Assembly (NCBI GenBank): GCA_016187335.1
Contig: JACPJW010000001.1
Span: 404,170-468,169 of the forward strand
DNA: 64,000 nucleotides
Source of the DNA: Candidatus Aenigmatarchaeota archaeon
Lineage (GTDB): Archaea; Aenigmatarchaeota; Aenigmatarchaeia; GW2011-AR5
Direction: 5' to 3'
Of this stretch, positions 55,579-64,000 are shown in pieces. The notes under the pieces were generated by a model. It saw nothing but the letters and a program-made list of their open reading frames with translations, searched no databases and was not told the DNA's origin. The translations under genes were made by a program, and so were the position numbers. Each line of letters starts with the position of its first letter. Position 1 is the first letter of the stretch.

Positions 55579-56379
55579 ATGTACGTTGTCAAGGCCGACG
55601 GCCGGCGCGAGACTTTCAGCAAAGAGAAAATAATAAATACATGCCTCAAGGCCGGAACCGACAGGAAGAAGGCTGAGGAAATATCAGGAAAAGTTTTTTC
55701 GTCCGTCAAAGACGGGATTGCCACGAAGGAAATATACAGAATGATTCTGAATCTTCTTGAAAAAGCGAGCCATAGGTCATCTTTCTTTTTCCGCCTCAGG
55801 GACGCAATAGCAAAGCTCGATTCTGAAAGCTATGAACTCTATGTAAAAGAGCTTTTGGAATCCATGGGCTACAAATGCTCGTGGAATAAAATCATTGCCG
55901 GAAAATCCGTGGAGCATCAGGTTGATATTGTTGCAAAAAACGCGAAAGGCAGAATGTTTCTTGTTGAATGCAAAAGGCACGTGAACCCCCACAGGTTCTG
56001 CGGCCTGGGCGTCATTTTGCAGGTCCAGGCGCGCCTTGAGGACATAGATGACGGCTTCGAATCAGGGAAAAATAATTGCAGGTTTGACCAGGCGTGGATA
56101 TTCAACAACACGAAATTCTCGGAGCACGCAAAGCAGTACGCTGCGGCAAAAAATATCCTCCTGAGCGGATGGGGGTACAAAGGAAGCATTTCTATAGAAA
56201 AGCTTGCTGGCAGGAACAGGATATATCCCGTGACGCTGCTGAAAGCAGACAATTCAACAATACAGCAGCTGCTCCGTCAGAAAATAATCACGGTGGAGGA
56301 TGTCCTGAAAGAAAAGATAAGCATGCCGAAGAGCGTTGCCGATGAGCTCAGGAAGCAGGCACGTATCATTCTTTCTTAA
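55579..56379 (+). CDS. ATP-cone domain fused to Mrr-like restriction-endonuclease domain
   Basis: 266 aa; ATP-cone start MYVVKADGRRETFSKEKI; nuclease-like core YELYVKELLESMGYK...QVDIVAKNAKGRMFLVECKRH. Confidence 0.6.
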   Translation: MYVVKADGRRETFSKEKIINTCLKAGTDRKKAEEISGKVFSSVKDGIATKEIYRMILNLLEKASHRSSFFFRLRDAIAKLDSESYELYVKELLESMGYKCSWNKIIAGKSVEHQVDIVAKNAKGRMFLVECKRHVNPHRFCGLGVILQVQARLEDIDDGFESGKNNCRFDQAWIFNNTKFSEHAKQYAAAKNILLSGWGYKGSISIEKLAGRNRIYPVTLLKADNSTIQQLLRQKIITVEDVLKEKISMPKSVADELRKQARIILS

Positions 56380-56404
56380 AAATTATCTGTGCAGTTATTA
56401 GCAG

Positions 56405-56509
56405 GCCGGCGTCGCATAATCTGGTGGTGCACTGATTGCATGCGAAGCAAGTGTATGTCTCGAAAACCAGCGGGCTCTGCCCATGCAGGTTCAAATCCTG
56501 CCGCCGGCG
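56405..56509 (+). tRNA. tRNA, anticodon unresolved, probably intron-containing
   Basis: Acceptor GCCGGCG/CGCCGGC with discriminator G; T-arm GCAGG-TTCAAAT-CCTGC; internal 73 nt could not be folded into a unique cloverleaf. Confidence 0.5.
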
Positions 56510-56513
56510 CTTT

Positions 56514-56981
56514 ATGATAGAAATAAAACTAGCTGCTGAAAAGGATAGGCAAGGCTTTGAAAATCTGGCTGCAGAAAGAGACAAAGAAATAAGGCAGCGC
56601 AGGGCAAAAAATTACTGGGGCAAAAAATTCACGAAGCTTGTCATGGAAAAGAGGCTGGTAATTAGCCTTGACAAAGGCAAGCCATCAGGATTTCTTTATT
56701 TTACATTCGAATTTATCGACTATCCTGCGGCGTACGTTGAGCTTATTTTTGTTTCAAAGAAGAGCCGGAGAAAGGGTTCAGCCTTGTATTTGTTGAATAG
56801 ATTCGAGCGGCTCGCGTCAGAAAACGGTTTTGTCAATGTATTTTCCAGCACAAATCCAAGCAACAGGATCTCGCTGAAATTGCACAAGAAGCTCGGCTAC
56901 AAAGAATGCGGCTTTATCTACGGCATAGAAAACAGGCGCAGCAAGGAGATTTTTCTCTCAAAAGAACTGAAAAAAACCTAA
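56514..56981 (+). CDS. GNAT-family N-acetyltransferase
   Basis: Start taken at MIEIKLAAEK; acetyl-CoA motif region VSKKSRRKGSALYLLNRFERLA. Confidence 0.6.
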   Translation: MIEIKLAAEKDRQGFENLAAERDKEIRQRRAKNYWGKKFTKLVMEKRLVISLDKGKPSGFLYFTFEFIDYPAAYVELIFVSKKSRRKGSALYLLNRFERLASENGFVNVFSSTNPSNRISLKLHKKLGYKECGFIYGIENRRSKEIFLSKELKKT

Positions 56982-57022
56982 ACTTCCTTTTTAAGTTTTG
57001 AAACAAGTTCTTAGTATTTCAT

Positions 57023-57282
57023 GCCGGGATACCGAAATCAGGTCTCTCAAGATAAGAGTGAAGAAATTCACGATGATTGCCTTTCATTGGTAAACGGGCC
57101 AGTGCAGTTCCGCTTCAAAGAAGCGGTGCGGCCAACCTTGAGAGCTGGTGCGCCTTCGGCGCGTGGGGGTTCAAAGCACCCTTTCTTTTTGCAAAAGAAA
57201 GCGTGCGCGGAAAGAAAAGCAACTTTTCAGAAAAGTTGCATCAAAAATAAAGGAAAGGGCTGTGAAATTCCCTCTCCCGGCG
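57023..57282 (+). tRNA. Class II tRNA, tentatively tRNA-Ser (UGA), with three putative introns
   Basis: Acceptor GCCGGGA/TCCCGGC, discriminator G; anticodon arm CCAGT [intron] CTTGAGA-GCTGG; variable arm GCGCC-TTC-GGCGC; T-arm GGGGG-TTCAAA [~93-nt intron] T-CCCTC; exons sum to about 87 nt. Confidence 0.5.
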
Positions 57283-57336
57283 CTTTTTTCTTGAAGATGC
57301 AAGAAGCTTTTAAAATAACCATTTCTAATTATAAAC

Positions 57337-57861
57337 ATGGCAAGCGATTTTTACCGCCAGCTGGGGTCAGGCGTTGCCAGCCTGACGTTCGGCGTTGCGC
57401 TTTCCGTATTCATTTACGCTGCCGCTTCTGGTGCGGCAAGCAGCCTGCAGTCATGGCTGCTCTTTGCGGCATCGTTCCTGCTGATGCTCAGGTTCTGGTG
57501 GCGGTACAGCGAACTTTTCGTGCAGTTCCTGCCGTCCCGCACGTTTTCGCATTTCCTGTTTGACTTTGCGATTTCATTCTTCGGCATTCTGGCAGTGCTT
57601 TTTGTAAGCGCTATGCAGACATGGGCAGCCTTGGGGGCACTGGCTATGCTTTCAAGCGCGATACGATGCAGGCTTTCGTGGAACGAAGCATCCAAGGATG
57701 TAAAGGCAAAGCTGAAAAGAACTTTTGCAGGAGCATTGGCGATGCTTTTTGTCTTCGCTGCGATATACGCCCTTGCACCGGTCTTTGATCAGATTTTGCT
57801 TGCTGCATTAGTATTTCTCATAGTTCTGCTGTTCGTTGTTTACGCCTCAAGAAAGCCGTGA
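57337..57861 (+). CDS. Integral membrane protein (four predicted TM helices)
   Basis: 174 aa; hydrophobic segments separated by short loops. Confidence 0.55.
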   Translation: MASDFYRQLGSGVASLTFGVALSVFIYAAASGAASSLQSWLLFAASFLLMLRFWWRYSELFVQFLPSRTFSHFLFDFAISFFGILAVLFVSAMQTWAALGALAMLSSAIRCRLSWNEASKDVKAKLKRTFAGALAMLFVFAAIYALAPVFDQILLAALVFLIVLLFVVYASRKP

Positions 57862-57966
57862 TTTTGAAATCTCCCGGCGCTTTTTATATTCTGAAGAATA
57901 TATGTCAGCCAAGACAAAAGTATTTAAATCTTTAATCACTAATAAGTAGTATCAAAATTATGAGGT

Positions 57967-58230
57967 GTGGATATGGTAGAACATTTCATTGGAAAGATAT
58001 CAACTCAAGTTCTTACGGATTTAAATAGAGGCAGGGATACGTGGGAAGTTCCATATGAAGCCGTGATTTATGTAAAGGAAGGTCCAGAAGCATGTGGACA
58101 GGTTCTTGGAATAGTTCCGGGACTTAGCCCTGATATGAGAATGCGTACAATGAGCGTTTATGCAGGCAGAAAATTCGTGTCAAAGCCTTCAGAACACGGC
58201 TACAAAGATATTTTCGAAATCGTGGAATAG
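57967..58230 (+). CDS. Small hypothetical protein
   Basis: 87 aa; A/T-rich codons; no motif recognised. Confidence 0.4.
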   Translation: MDMVEHFIGKISTQVLTDLNRGRDTWEVPYEAVIYVKEGPEACGQVLGIVPGLSPDMRMRTMSVYAGRKFVSKPSEHGYKDIFEIVE

Positions 58231-58431
58231 AAATTTTCTAACGTAAAACAAAAACGTTGATTATTTTACAATTCTCTTTTTTATTTCACTATTTATCTTT
58301 CTTTTATTTCAAATTATAAAATTCTTTGATTAATTCTTCAAAATCCCGTGCTTCTCTCGTGCTTTCTGCGTAATTTGCGCCTTGGAAAATCTTTATTAAT
58401 GGGTTTTTACAAGAACTATAAAGGTGAAGAA

Positions 58432-59067
58432 ATGGTATCCCAGATAGTAGATGTATTATCTCAGTTTACCGTTGGTACAGTGTCTTTCCTGCCAAGCCTG
58501 GTTGCTGCCGTCATTCTTCTGGTCATCGGCTTGGTTGTTGGAAAAATAGTGGGAAGGGTAGTCAAGGAAGCCTTGGAAAAGCTGAAGGTTGACTACTACG
58601 TTTCGGAAACCAAGAAGCCCGTTGTGATGCTGAGCGATTTGTTCGCCCTCATAGCAAGATGGTGGATATACCTTGCGTTCGTAACGGCGGCTTTGTCCAC
58701 GAACGTTCTTGGCATACCGTCATTGGCGTTGTGGGTTTCTGAAATCAATGCATTCATCCCGCGAATCATCGGCGCAGCCGTGATTCTGATTTCGGGCTAC
58801 ATCCTGGCTGAGTACATCAGGGGTCACTTGGTGTCATTGAAGAAACTCTATGCAGAGGTTGTCGGCAAGATGCTATTCTTCTTCGTCATGTACGTGGCGC
58901 TTGCGCTTGCCCTGCCTATTCTAGGGGTTTCAGCAATCCTGGTGAACAACATCCTGATAGTAATCATAGCCTCGATAGGGCTTGCAATGGCAATAGCCCT
59001 GGGCCTGGGATTGAAGGACGCTGTTTCTGACGTTTCCAAGAGATATGTCAAAAAGCTGAAAGTTTGA
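58432..59067 (+). CDS. Integral membrane protein
   Basis: Start taken at MVSQIVDVL; multiple TM helices. Confidence 0.55.
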   Translation: MVSQIVDVLSQFTVGTVSFLPSLVAAVILLVIGLVVGKIVGRVVKEALEKLKVDYYVSETKKPVVMLSDLFALIARWWIYLAFVTAALSTNVLGIPSLALWVSEINAFIPRIIGAAVILISGYILAEYIRGHLVSLKKLYAEVVGKMLFFFVMYVALALALPILGVSAILVNNILIVIIASIGLAMAIALGLGLKDAVSDVSKRYVKKLKV

Positions 59068-59097
59068 TTTTTTTGCTTTCATTTCAATTTTTCATTT

Positions 59098-59442
59098 CTA
59101 ATGACTAGGCCGCCAAGCAATGGGATTGAGGCCTGATATTTCCCACCATGAAAAATCCTTGCCGGTTAAAATTTCCCTCGGGTCGTGTATTCCCGCTTTT
59201 CCGGAATGAACCGGCAGTTCTACCCCTTCCAGTTCCTGCTCACTTACAACACAGTAGTGTTCGTCGGATCTGGCGTGGCTGAATACAAGCCTGATTGAAG
59301 CAATCCCCGGAGCGATATACCCTTTATCCCATAATTGCTGGTACGGCTCAAGCCCTCTGAAAGCAAAGGGAAGGTTCGTCTCCCTGCGGTTTTTCAGATA
59401 ATTTTCAATAGTTCCGTCCCTTTCAGGTTTATAAAATGGCAT
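59098..59442 (-). CDS. Hypothetical protein
   Basis: 114 aa ORF, no motif recognised. Confidence 0.4.
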   Translation of the reverse strand: MPFYKPERDGTIENYLKNRRETNLPFAFRGLEPYQQLWDKGYIAPGIASIRLVFSHARSDEHYCVVSEQELEGVELPVHSGKAGIHDPREILTGKDFSWWEISGLNPIAWRPSH

Positions 59443-59484
59443 ACCCTTAGTTCTTAAGAATTAAGCATAAATAGAAATCTTGAC

Positions 59485-59665
59485 GCGATGGTAGTCTAGG
59501 AACCCTTTTTCTCGTTGCGCTCGAAAAAGCGTTCACGGAAAATGGGTTGGAAGATGGTAGGATACAACCTTGCCAACGGCCCTTTTCAAAAAGCGCCGGC
59601 GGAAAATGCAAACAGGTTGAGAGGCGAAAGCCCGACAAACCCGGGTTCAAATCCCGGCCGTCGCA
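59485..59665 (+). tRNA. tRNA-Gly (anticodon GCC) with D-loop, anticodon-loop and variable-region introns
   Basis: GCGATGG-TA-GTCT-AG [intron] TGGTA-GGAT-A-CAACC-TTGCCA [intron] A-GGTTG ... CCGGG-TTCAAAT-CCCGG-CCGTCGC-A; exons sum to about 72 nt. Confidence 0.6.
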
Positions 59666-59759
59666 TAAACAAGAAAAAAATAGCCGGAAACAAGGGTCCC
59701 AGTCAGGCAACGCATCTCAATTATTTATATAGCCCCCTGACAAATATTGTATTGATATC

Positions 59760-60242
59760 ATGTTCTTCAAAAAGAAAGACAATTACGAGGAAATAAAGCG
59801 CGCCGTTGAAGAGCCTGTTTCTTCCGAGCCGACATTGCAGGACCTGGAAATAGAGGACCTGCCGCCGGAAATGCGCTACGACAAGAATTATGCGGAGCCC
59901 CGGGACAGCGCGCCTCTTTTCGTCAAGGTGGAGAAGTACAAGGAACTGATAGGCCTCATACAGGAAATGCGGGCATTTACAAACGGATTGAAGCAGACGT
60001 TTTCTGTGATACACGAGTCTGATGCGCTGCGCAACGATGCCGTTAAAATCATGCGCACGACGGTCCAGCGGCTGGACAAGACCTTGGCAGAAATTGACAG
60101 CGAGCTGGTAAGGCCGCGCGGCATTGACATGGAAAAGCCGCCTTACGCCGGCAGCGAAATGAAATACATTGAAGGATCGCTGTCAGAATTGCAGCGCCAT
60201 TTGGCTGTTTTGCGCAAGGATCTGCAGGAAATGAAGGAATGA
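59760..60242 (+). CDS. Coiled-coil hypothetical protein
   Basis: 160 aa; charged helical segments. Confidence 0.45.
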   Translation: MFFKKKDNYEEIKRAVEEPVSSEPTLQDLEIEDLPPEMRYDKNYAEPRDSAPLFVKVEKYKELIGLIQEMRAFTNGLKQTFSVIHESDALRNDAVKIMRTTVQRLDKTLAEIDSELVRPRGIDMEKPPYAGSEMKYIEGSLSELQRHLAVLRKDLQEMKE

Positions 60243-60291
60243 TCAGGTTATCTGGTTCTTAAATATTTCATCAAAAATTACTACATTCAGT

Positions 60292-60563
60292 GCGGCCGTC
60301 GCCAAGAGGCCCTTTTTAGAAAAAAGCGTCTACGGAAAAACTAAAAAGCGTCTGGAAATCTGGTCAAAGGCGCGGGTTTCACTTGAGTGTTGATGCGCAA
60401 GCAGGTGAAAGCGTAACTCAAGGCAGCTGACGAGGCTGACGCACTTCGTGCGTCATGCTGTTTGATATCCCGTCGGTTAGTCCGTTCGGCGGTTCGAATG
60501 CACCCTTTCTTAGAAAGAAAGCGTGCACGGAAAGAAATGGTGCCGAAAATCCGCCCGGCCGCA
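60292..60563 (+). tRNA. Class II tRNA, probably tRNA-Leu, with three introns (anticodon unresolved)
   Basis: GCGGCCG-TC-GCC-AAG [53-nt intron] CTGGTCAAA-GGC matches the tRNA-Leu D-arm; T-arm GGCGG-TTCGAAT [51-nt intron] CCGCC-CGGCCGC-A; a third ~83-nt intron in the anticodon region gives 85-nt exons. Confidence 0.55.
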
Positions 60564-60621
60564 TTTATTCAATTTTCGCTTCACCAAAACCCTTAAAACC
60601 GCTCACTTTAAAGTAGCAACC

Positions 60622-61395
60622 ATGGATGAGTACCTGCTGACAGTGGGCATCGGCGTATTGATTCTTGCGCTCCTGCTGCTGATAACGAATGCCCAGTTCA
60701 TAACCGGCGCCGCCCCTTCAAGGCAGCTTGTCCCGGCTACGAGCGTTTTTGACCTTGGCAGTTTCAGCTCAACCTTCGTCAAGGAAACGAAAACTTATGA
60801 TTTGGGCAGCAAGGAAGTGTCTAATGGTGTTTTGTTTGGCGAAAACAAGCTGGAGTTCCACGCAGAAGCGCCTGAGATCGAATCAGCACTGGTAAAATTC
60901 CGTGTCGCGCGCATGAATGACCTGGGACCTCTTTTCGTGAAGTACAACGGCGACGTCGTTGAAAAAAAGCGCTACGCTGCGGGGGATTATGCCGTAAGAG
61001 TGCCAAAAGAAATGCTTAACGAATCAAGCACCATTGAAATGTCTGCTTCATCATCGCTTTGGCAGTTCTGGGCGCCCAATATCTACAGCCTCAGGAATAT
61101 AAATCTTATAGTGAAATCCTTTGATTTCAGCCCCGCGGAGCTTAACTTCACGCTTGGCGAGGAATACACAACGCTGAAGCAGGGAAGGATTGAGTTCAGC
61201 TTAGAAGAAAACACTGGAAGAATGGCTGTTGTTCTCAACGGGAAAGAAATCATGAATGATTTTGCGCGCAACGAGCAGTCCGTGCCATTCAGCAAAGAGG
61301 AAGCGAGAGCAGGGGAAAACAAAATAAGGATTGTGCCGCTGCAGGGCTCGCGCTTCAGCGGAACTGCGCATGTTGTCGTGTTTTGGGAGAAATAG
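60622..61395 (+). CDS. Membrane-anchored extracellular protein
   Basis: Start taken at MDEYLLTVGIGVLILALLLLI because the track ORF overlaps the tRNA-Leu 3' exon. Confidence 0.5.
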   Translation: MDEYLLTVGIGVLILALLLLITNAQFITGAAPSRQLVPATSVFDLGSFSSTFVKETKTYDLGSKEVSNGVLFGENKLEFHAEAPEIESALVKFRVARMNDLGPLFVKYNGDVVEKKRYAAGDYAVRVPKEMLNESSTIEMSASSSLWQFWAPNIYSLRNINLIVKSFDFSPAELNFTLGEEYTTLKQGRIEFSLEENTGRMAVVLNGKEIMNDFARNEQSVPFSKEEARAGENKIRIVPLQGSRFSGTAHVVVFWEK

Positions 61396-61547
61396 AAATT
61401 CGTTTTCTGTGTAATGTTTTTGCCTTACTAGTTTTCTGGAAACCTATATATTGCGCTTCTCACAAATCTATTGCAGAACAAAGTTTCTGCAATTTGTGAA
61501 ACTATGGTTCCACAGTATTGCAGTTAGTCGTAACTATCTGTGGTAAA

Positions 61548-64000
61548 GATGACGCTTATACTAAGAATAAACGGGCATAACGTTGCAATAGCCCCGGGCG
61601 CTCCTTATCCGACAGGGGCGTTTCCGCCCGCAGGAGTTGTTTTGCCTGCCGGCGAGCAGGAGCTGGATTTTTATTGCGAAGTCCAGACTGGCGGTCCAGG
61701 TGCTATTCCTGCCGGCTACGGTGGAAACTGGTTCTTTAATTTCTTTTCAGTGGACGACGGGATTTCCATAAATCCCAATCCCGAAACTCCAAGGCCGACA
61801 AACGCTGTGAAATTCAAGGCAAAACTGAAGCCCGGGGCTCACCAGATACTTGTAAGGGTTCAGGGAAGCCTGAGATTGCCGGCAGGGTACCCTCCTGTTG
61901 AATACGTCATGTTAACAATAACAATCCCGCCGCCGATAACGACATTGACAGTCAAAATAAAAAGCCCTGAAAACAATTCCAACGTAGTCCTAAAAAGAAC
62001 TCCTGCAGGACTGCCTTATCACGACCCCCTGAATTTTCAGTGCGAAATAAAAGGCGGAAGGTCTCCTTACATTGTCAGATGGTTTTCATATTCTGAATCA
62101 AATTTTAATGTATACACCGTGTCCAAAATACTCGTACACGAGGAAACGACAAAAAGCGGTTCTGTATCTTTTTCGCGCGGAGGAGAAGAATACCCGGTTC
62201 CTGCAAAGACGCTTCCACCTCCTCCAGCGCTACCTCCACCGTTTCCACCGCCTCCGGATCCAAAAATTCCGTTCAGCCTGCTTGAAGGCAGGCATACAAT
62301 TAGTGTAAACGTAGTAGATTCAACTGCGCCTGCGCCAATAACAGTCGGTGATATGGTCAATATCACGGTGAGCACGGAGCCTAAAAAAGCAGGAGACATA
62401 CTTCCGGGCGGCGACGAAAGCCTGGGAGGCGCTGCCCGCGGCAGGGAAGGCATGGGGCTTGCGGGCCTTCCCGGAATCAGGAAAAGGCTCGGCAAAGAAG
62501 TGGGAAGGCTTGACTGGTCAAAGCGTGCGGCAAATCCTGCATTGCGCTCAGCTATCAACAGAGGCAAGAAACTGCTTGACCAGGCGACCAATGCCGCTTA
62601 CTACAGGCTCTTTGATGGCCCCGGCGGCGTCCAGCAAAGGCAGCAAAGAAGAATACGGGAGCTTGAGGACGCGAGAAAGGATTACGAAGCATCGATGAAC
62701 TCACTGAGAAAATATTTCCGGAAATACAAGATAAAGGCAGGCGTTCCGTTGCTCGTGACGGCAAGGATGGCATCCGCTCAGGACCTGACGAACATTGCAA
62801 ACACGATTGCGCAGGAGCAGCCCGCGCTTCAGGCGCAGATGCAGGAGCACCAGAACGCAATAAAAAGATACCTTGAGCTGCGGGACAAATTCGACGAGAC
62901 TTCCGAAAACGAAATTGATAAAGCAGGCAAGGAGCTTCAGGAATATGCAAAGCAAAGGGCAGGAACCTTTGCAACAAGGCTCGGATACCAGTACGGATTC
63001 CCTGCTAACCCTCCCGATGAAAGAAACGCCCTGAAAACCGAGCTTGAACAATACGCTGTTGATATTGCAGAAGAATTCCTGAGGCGCGGAAGGTCAAAAT
63101 TTTTTGCAGCGGCGAGGTTCATGCGCCGCGTCGGACTGGGAACGGAAACAATCGCAGAAAGTTATTATAACGTTATCCGCAGCCTGTGGGACCTGATAAC
63201 CGGTCCTTGGACAATCGCGTGGCTTTTCGTGGTTGCGCAGTTTTACTTCTCCTTGAGCTACATAGGCTACCAGCCTACCCTGTTGTTCACCATGCCGGCC
63301 GGCGGCGCCGTGATGATGTTCCTCATGAACTTTTCGCAGATAAAACGGCCTCTTGACGGCGTCACGCACGCGGGCGTCGGAGCGCTCTTAGGTCAGGGCA
63401 TCATAATCTTCATGTTCGCCCTGGGCATCACGCCGAACCTCTGGGGATGGGGATGGTTCGTTGGAATATGGTTCATCTTCGGCACCATAGGCGCGTTTGA
63501 GTTCTATCCCGTCGGCGGACCGCAGATAATGTTCCAGACAGCCGTGCTTGTCATCATTTTCGGCTACATAGCACTCGGCCCTTACAAGGGCTACTGGGAA
63601 CTTGTAAAAGACCAGCTGAGGGCGCCTTTGTACACCATGTACGTATCTATGAAAAACGCCGTCAATGACGTCTGGCTGCTGGCTACAAACCCCACTGCCT
63701 GGTACGCGAAGCAGCAGGTTATCAATGTCCGGCCCGAGCAGCCCATATCGTTCCCCGTGGAGATAGAAACGCCTGTTTTTGAAGGCCTGCCGCCGTCAGC
63801 GCCGGCAGGCACAGCTTTCTCCGTATCAATAGTTACGAAAAACAGCGGCAAGCTTGACGCGAAGAACATTGTCATAGAGCACGCATGCAACGAGTGGTGC
63901 GAGAACAGGGGCGCAATCGTGCCTGATGCATATCCGCTGCTGCATCCCGGAGAAAGCCAGGCGTTCTTCATGCAGAAGTTCGCAGCAAAGAAAGCCACGG
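61548..64000 (+). CDS. Large membrane protein, partial (runs off window end)
   Basis: Hand-translated open frame from ATG near 61548 with no stop to window end: N-terminal domain, proline-rich PPPPALPPPFPPPPDP segment, coiled-coil region, then several TM helices. Confidence 0.45.

Noticed and set aside
57021-57563. 180-aa ORF in the track
   Set aside because: Overlaps the Ser-like tRNA and its introns on the same strand; the translation is low-complexity and Arg/Cys-rich, consistent with a structured RNA read as protein
62067-63369. Minus-strand ORFs 62067..62591, 62555..62977, 62701..63051, 63094..63369
   Set aside because: All antisense to the long plus-strand open frame; Pro/Ala/Arg-rich translations typical of GC-rich antisense frames

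Overview
Archaeal chromosomal segment (moderate GC, judged by eye), gene-dense on both strands. Coordinates for protein genes follow the supplied ORF track; RNA, intron and repeat coordinates were hand-counted and may be off by 1-3 nt. Core content: aminoacyl-tRNA synthetases (PheRS alpha and the start of beta, GlyRS, IleRS, HisRS), topoisomerase VI B and A subunits, thermosome, aIF-1A, Nop5, fibrillarin, S17e, MBF1, TFS, a tRNA-splicing endonuclease subunit, a classical mevalonate operon (decarboxylase, HAD hydrolase, mevalonate kinase, ERG8-type phosphomevalonate kinase), and a type IV pilus-like locus. Two large LAGLIDADG inteins interrupt top6A and ileS. The most unusual content is ten tRNA genes, nearly all carrying one to three introns at canonical and non-canonical positions (D-loop, 31/32, 37/38, variable loop, T-loop); in the best-resolved cases the exons sum to 72-74 nt (class I) or 85-87 nt (class II). 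These introns share two recurring motif families: a palindromic core AAAGCGTnnACGGAAA inside CCCTTT/AAAGGG arms, and AACTTTT...AAAAGTT hairpins that also sit beside several start codons. Other points of interest are an AT-rich island next to tRNA-His encoding a HAD hydrolase, a PRTase-like protein and a LOG/SLOG-like protein; a compositionally atypical DAHP synthase; an ATP-cone/Mrr-like nuclease fusion; and heavily sequon-rich surface proteins. No rRNA or CRISPR array was seen.
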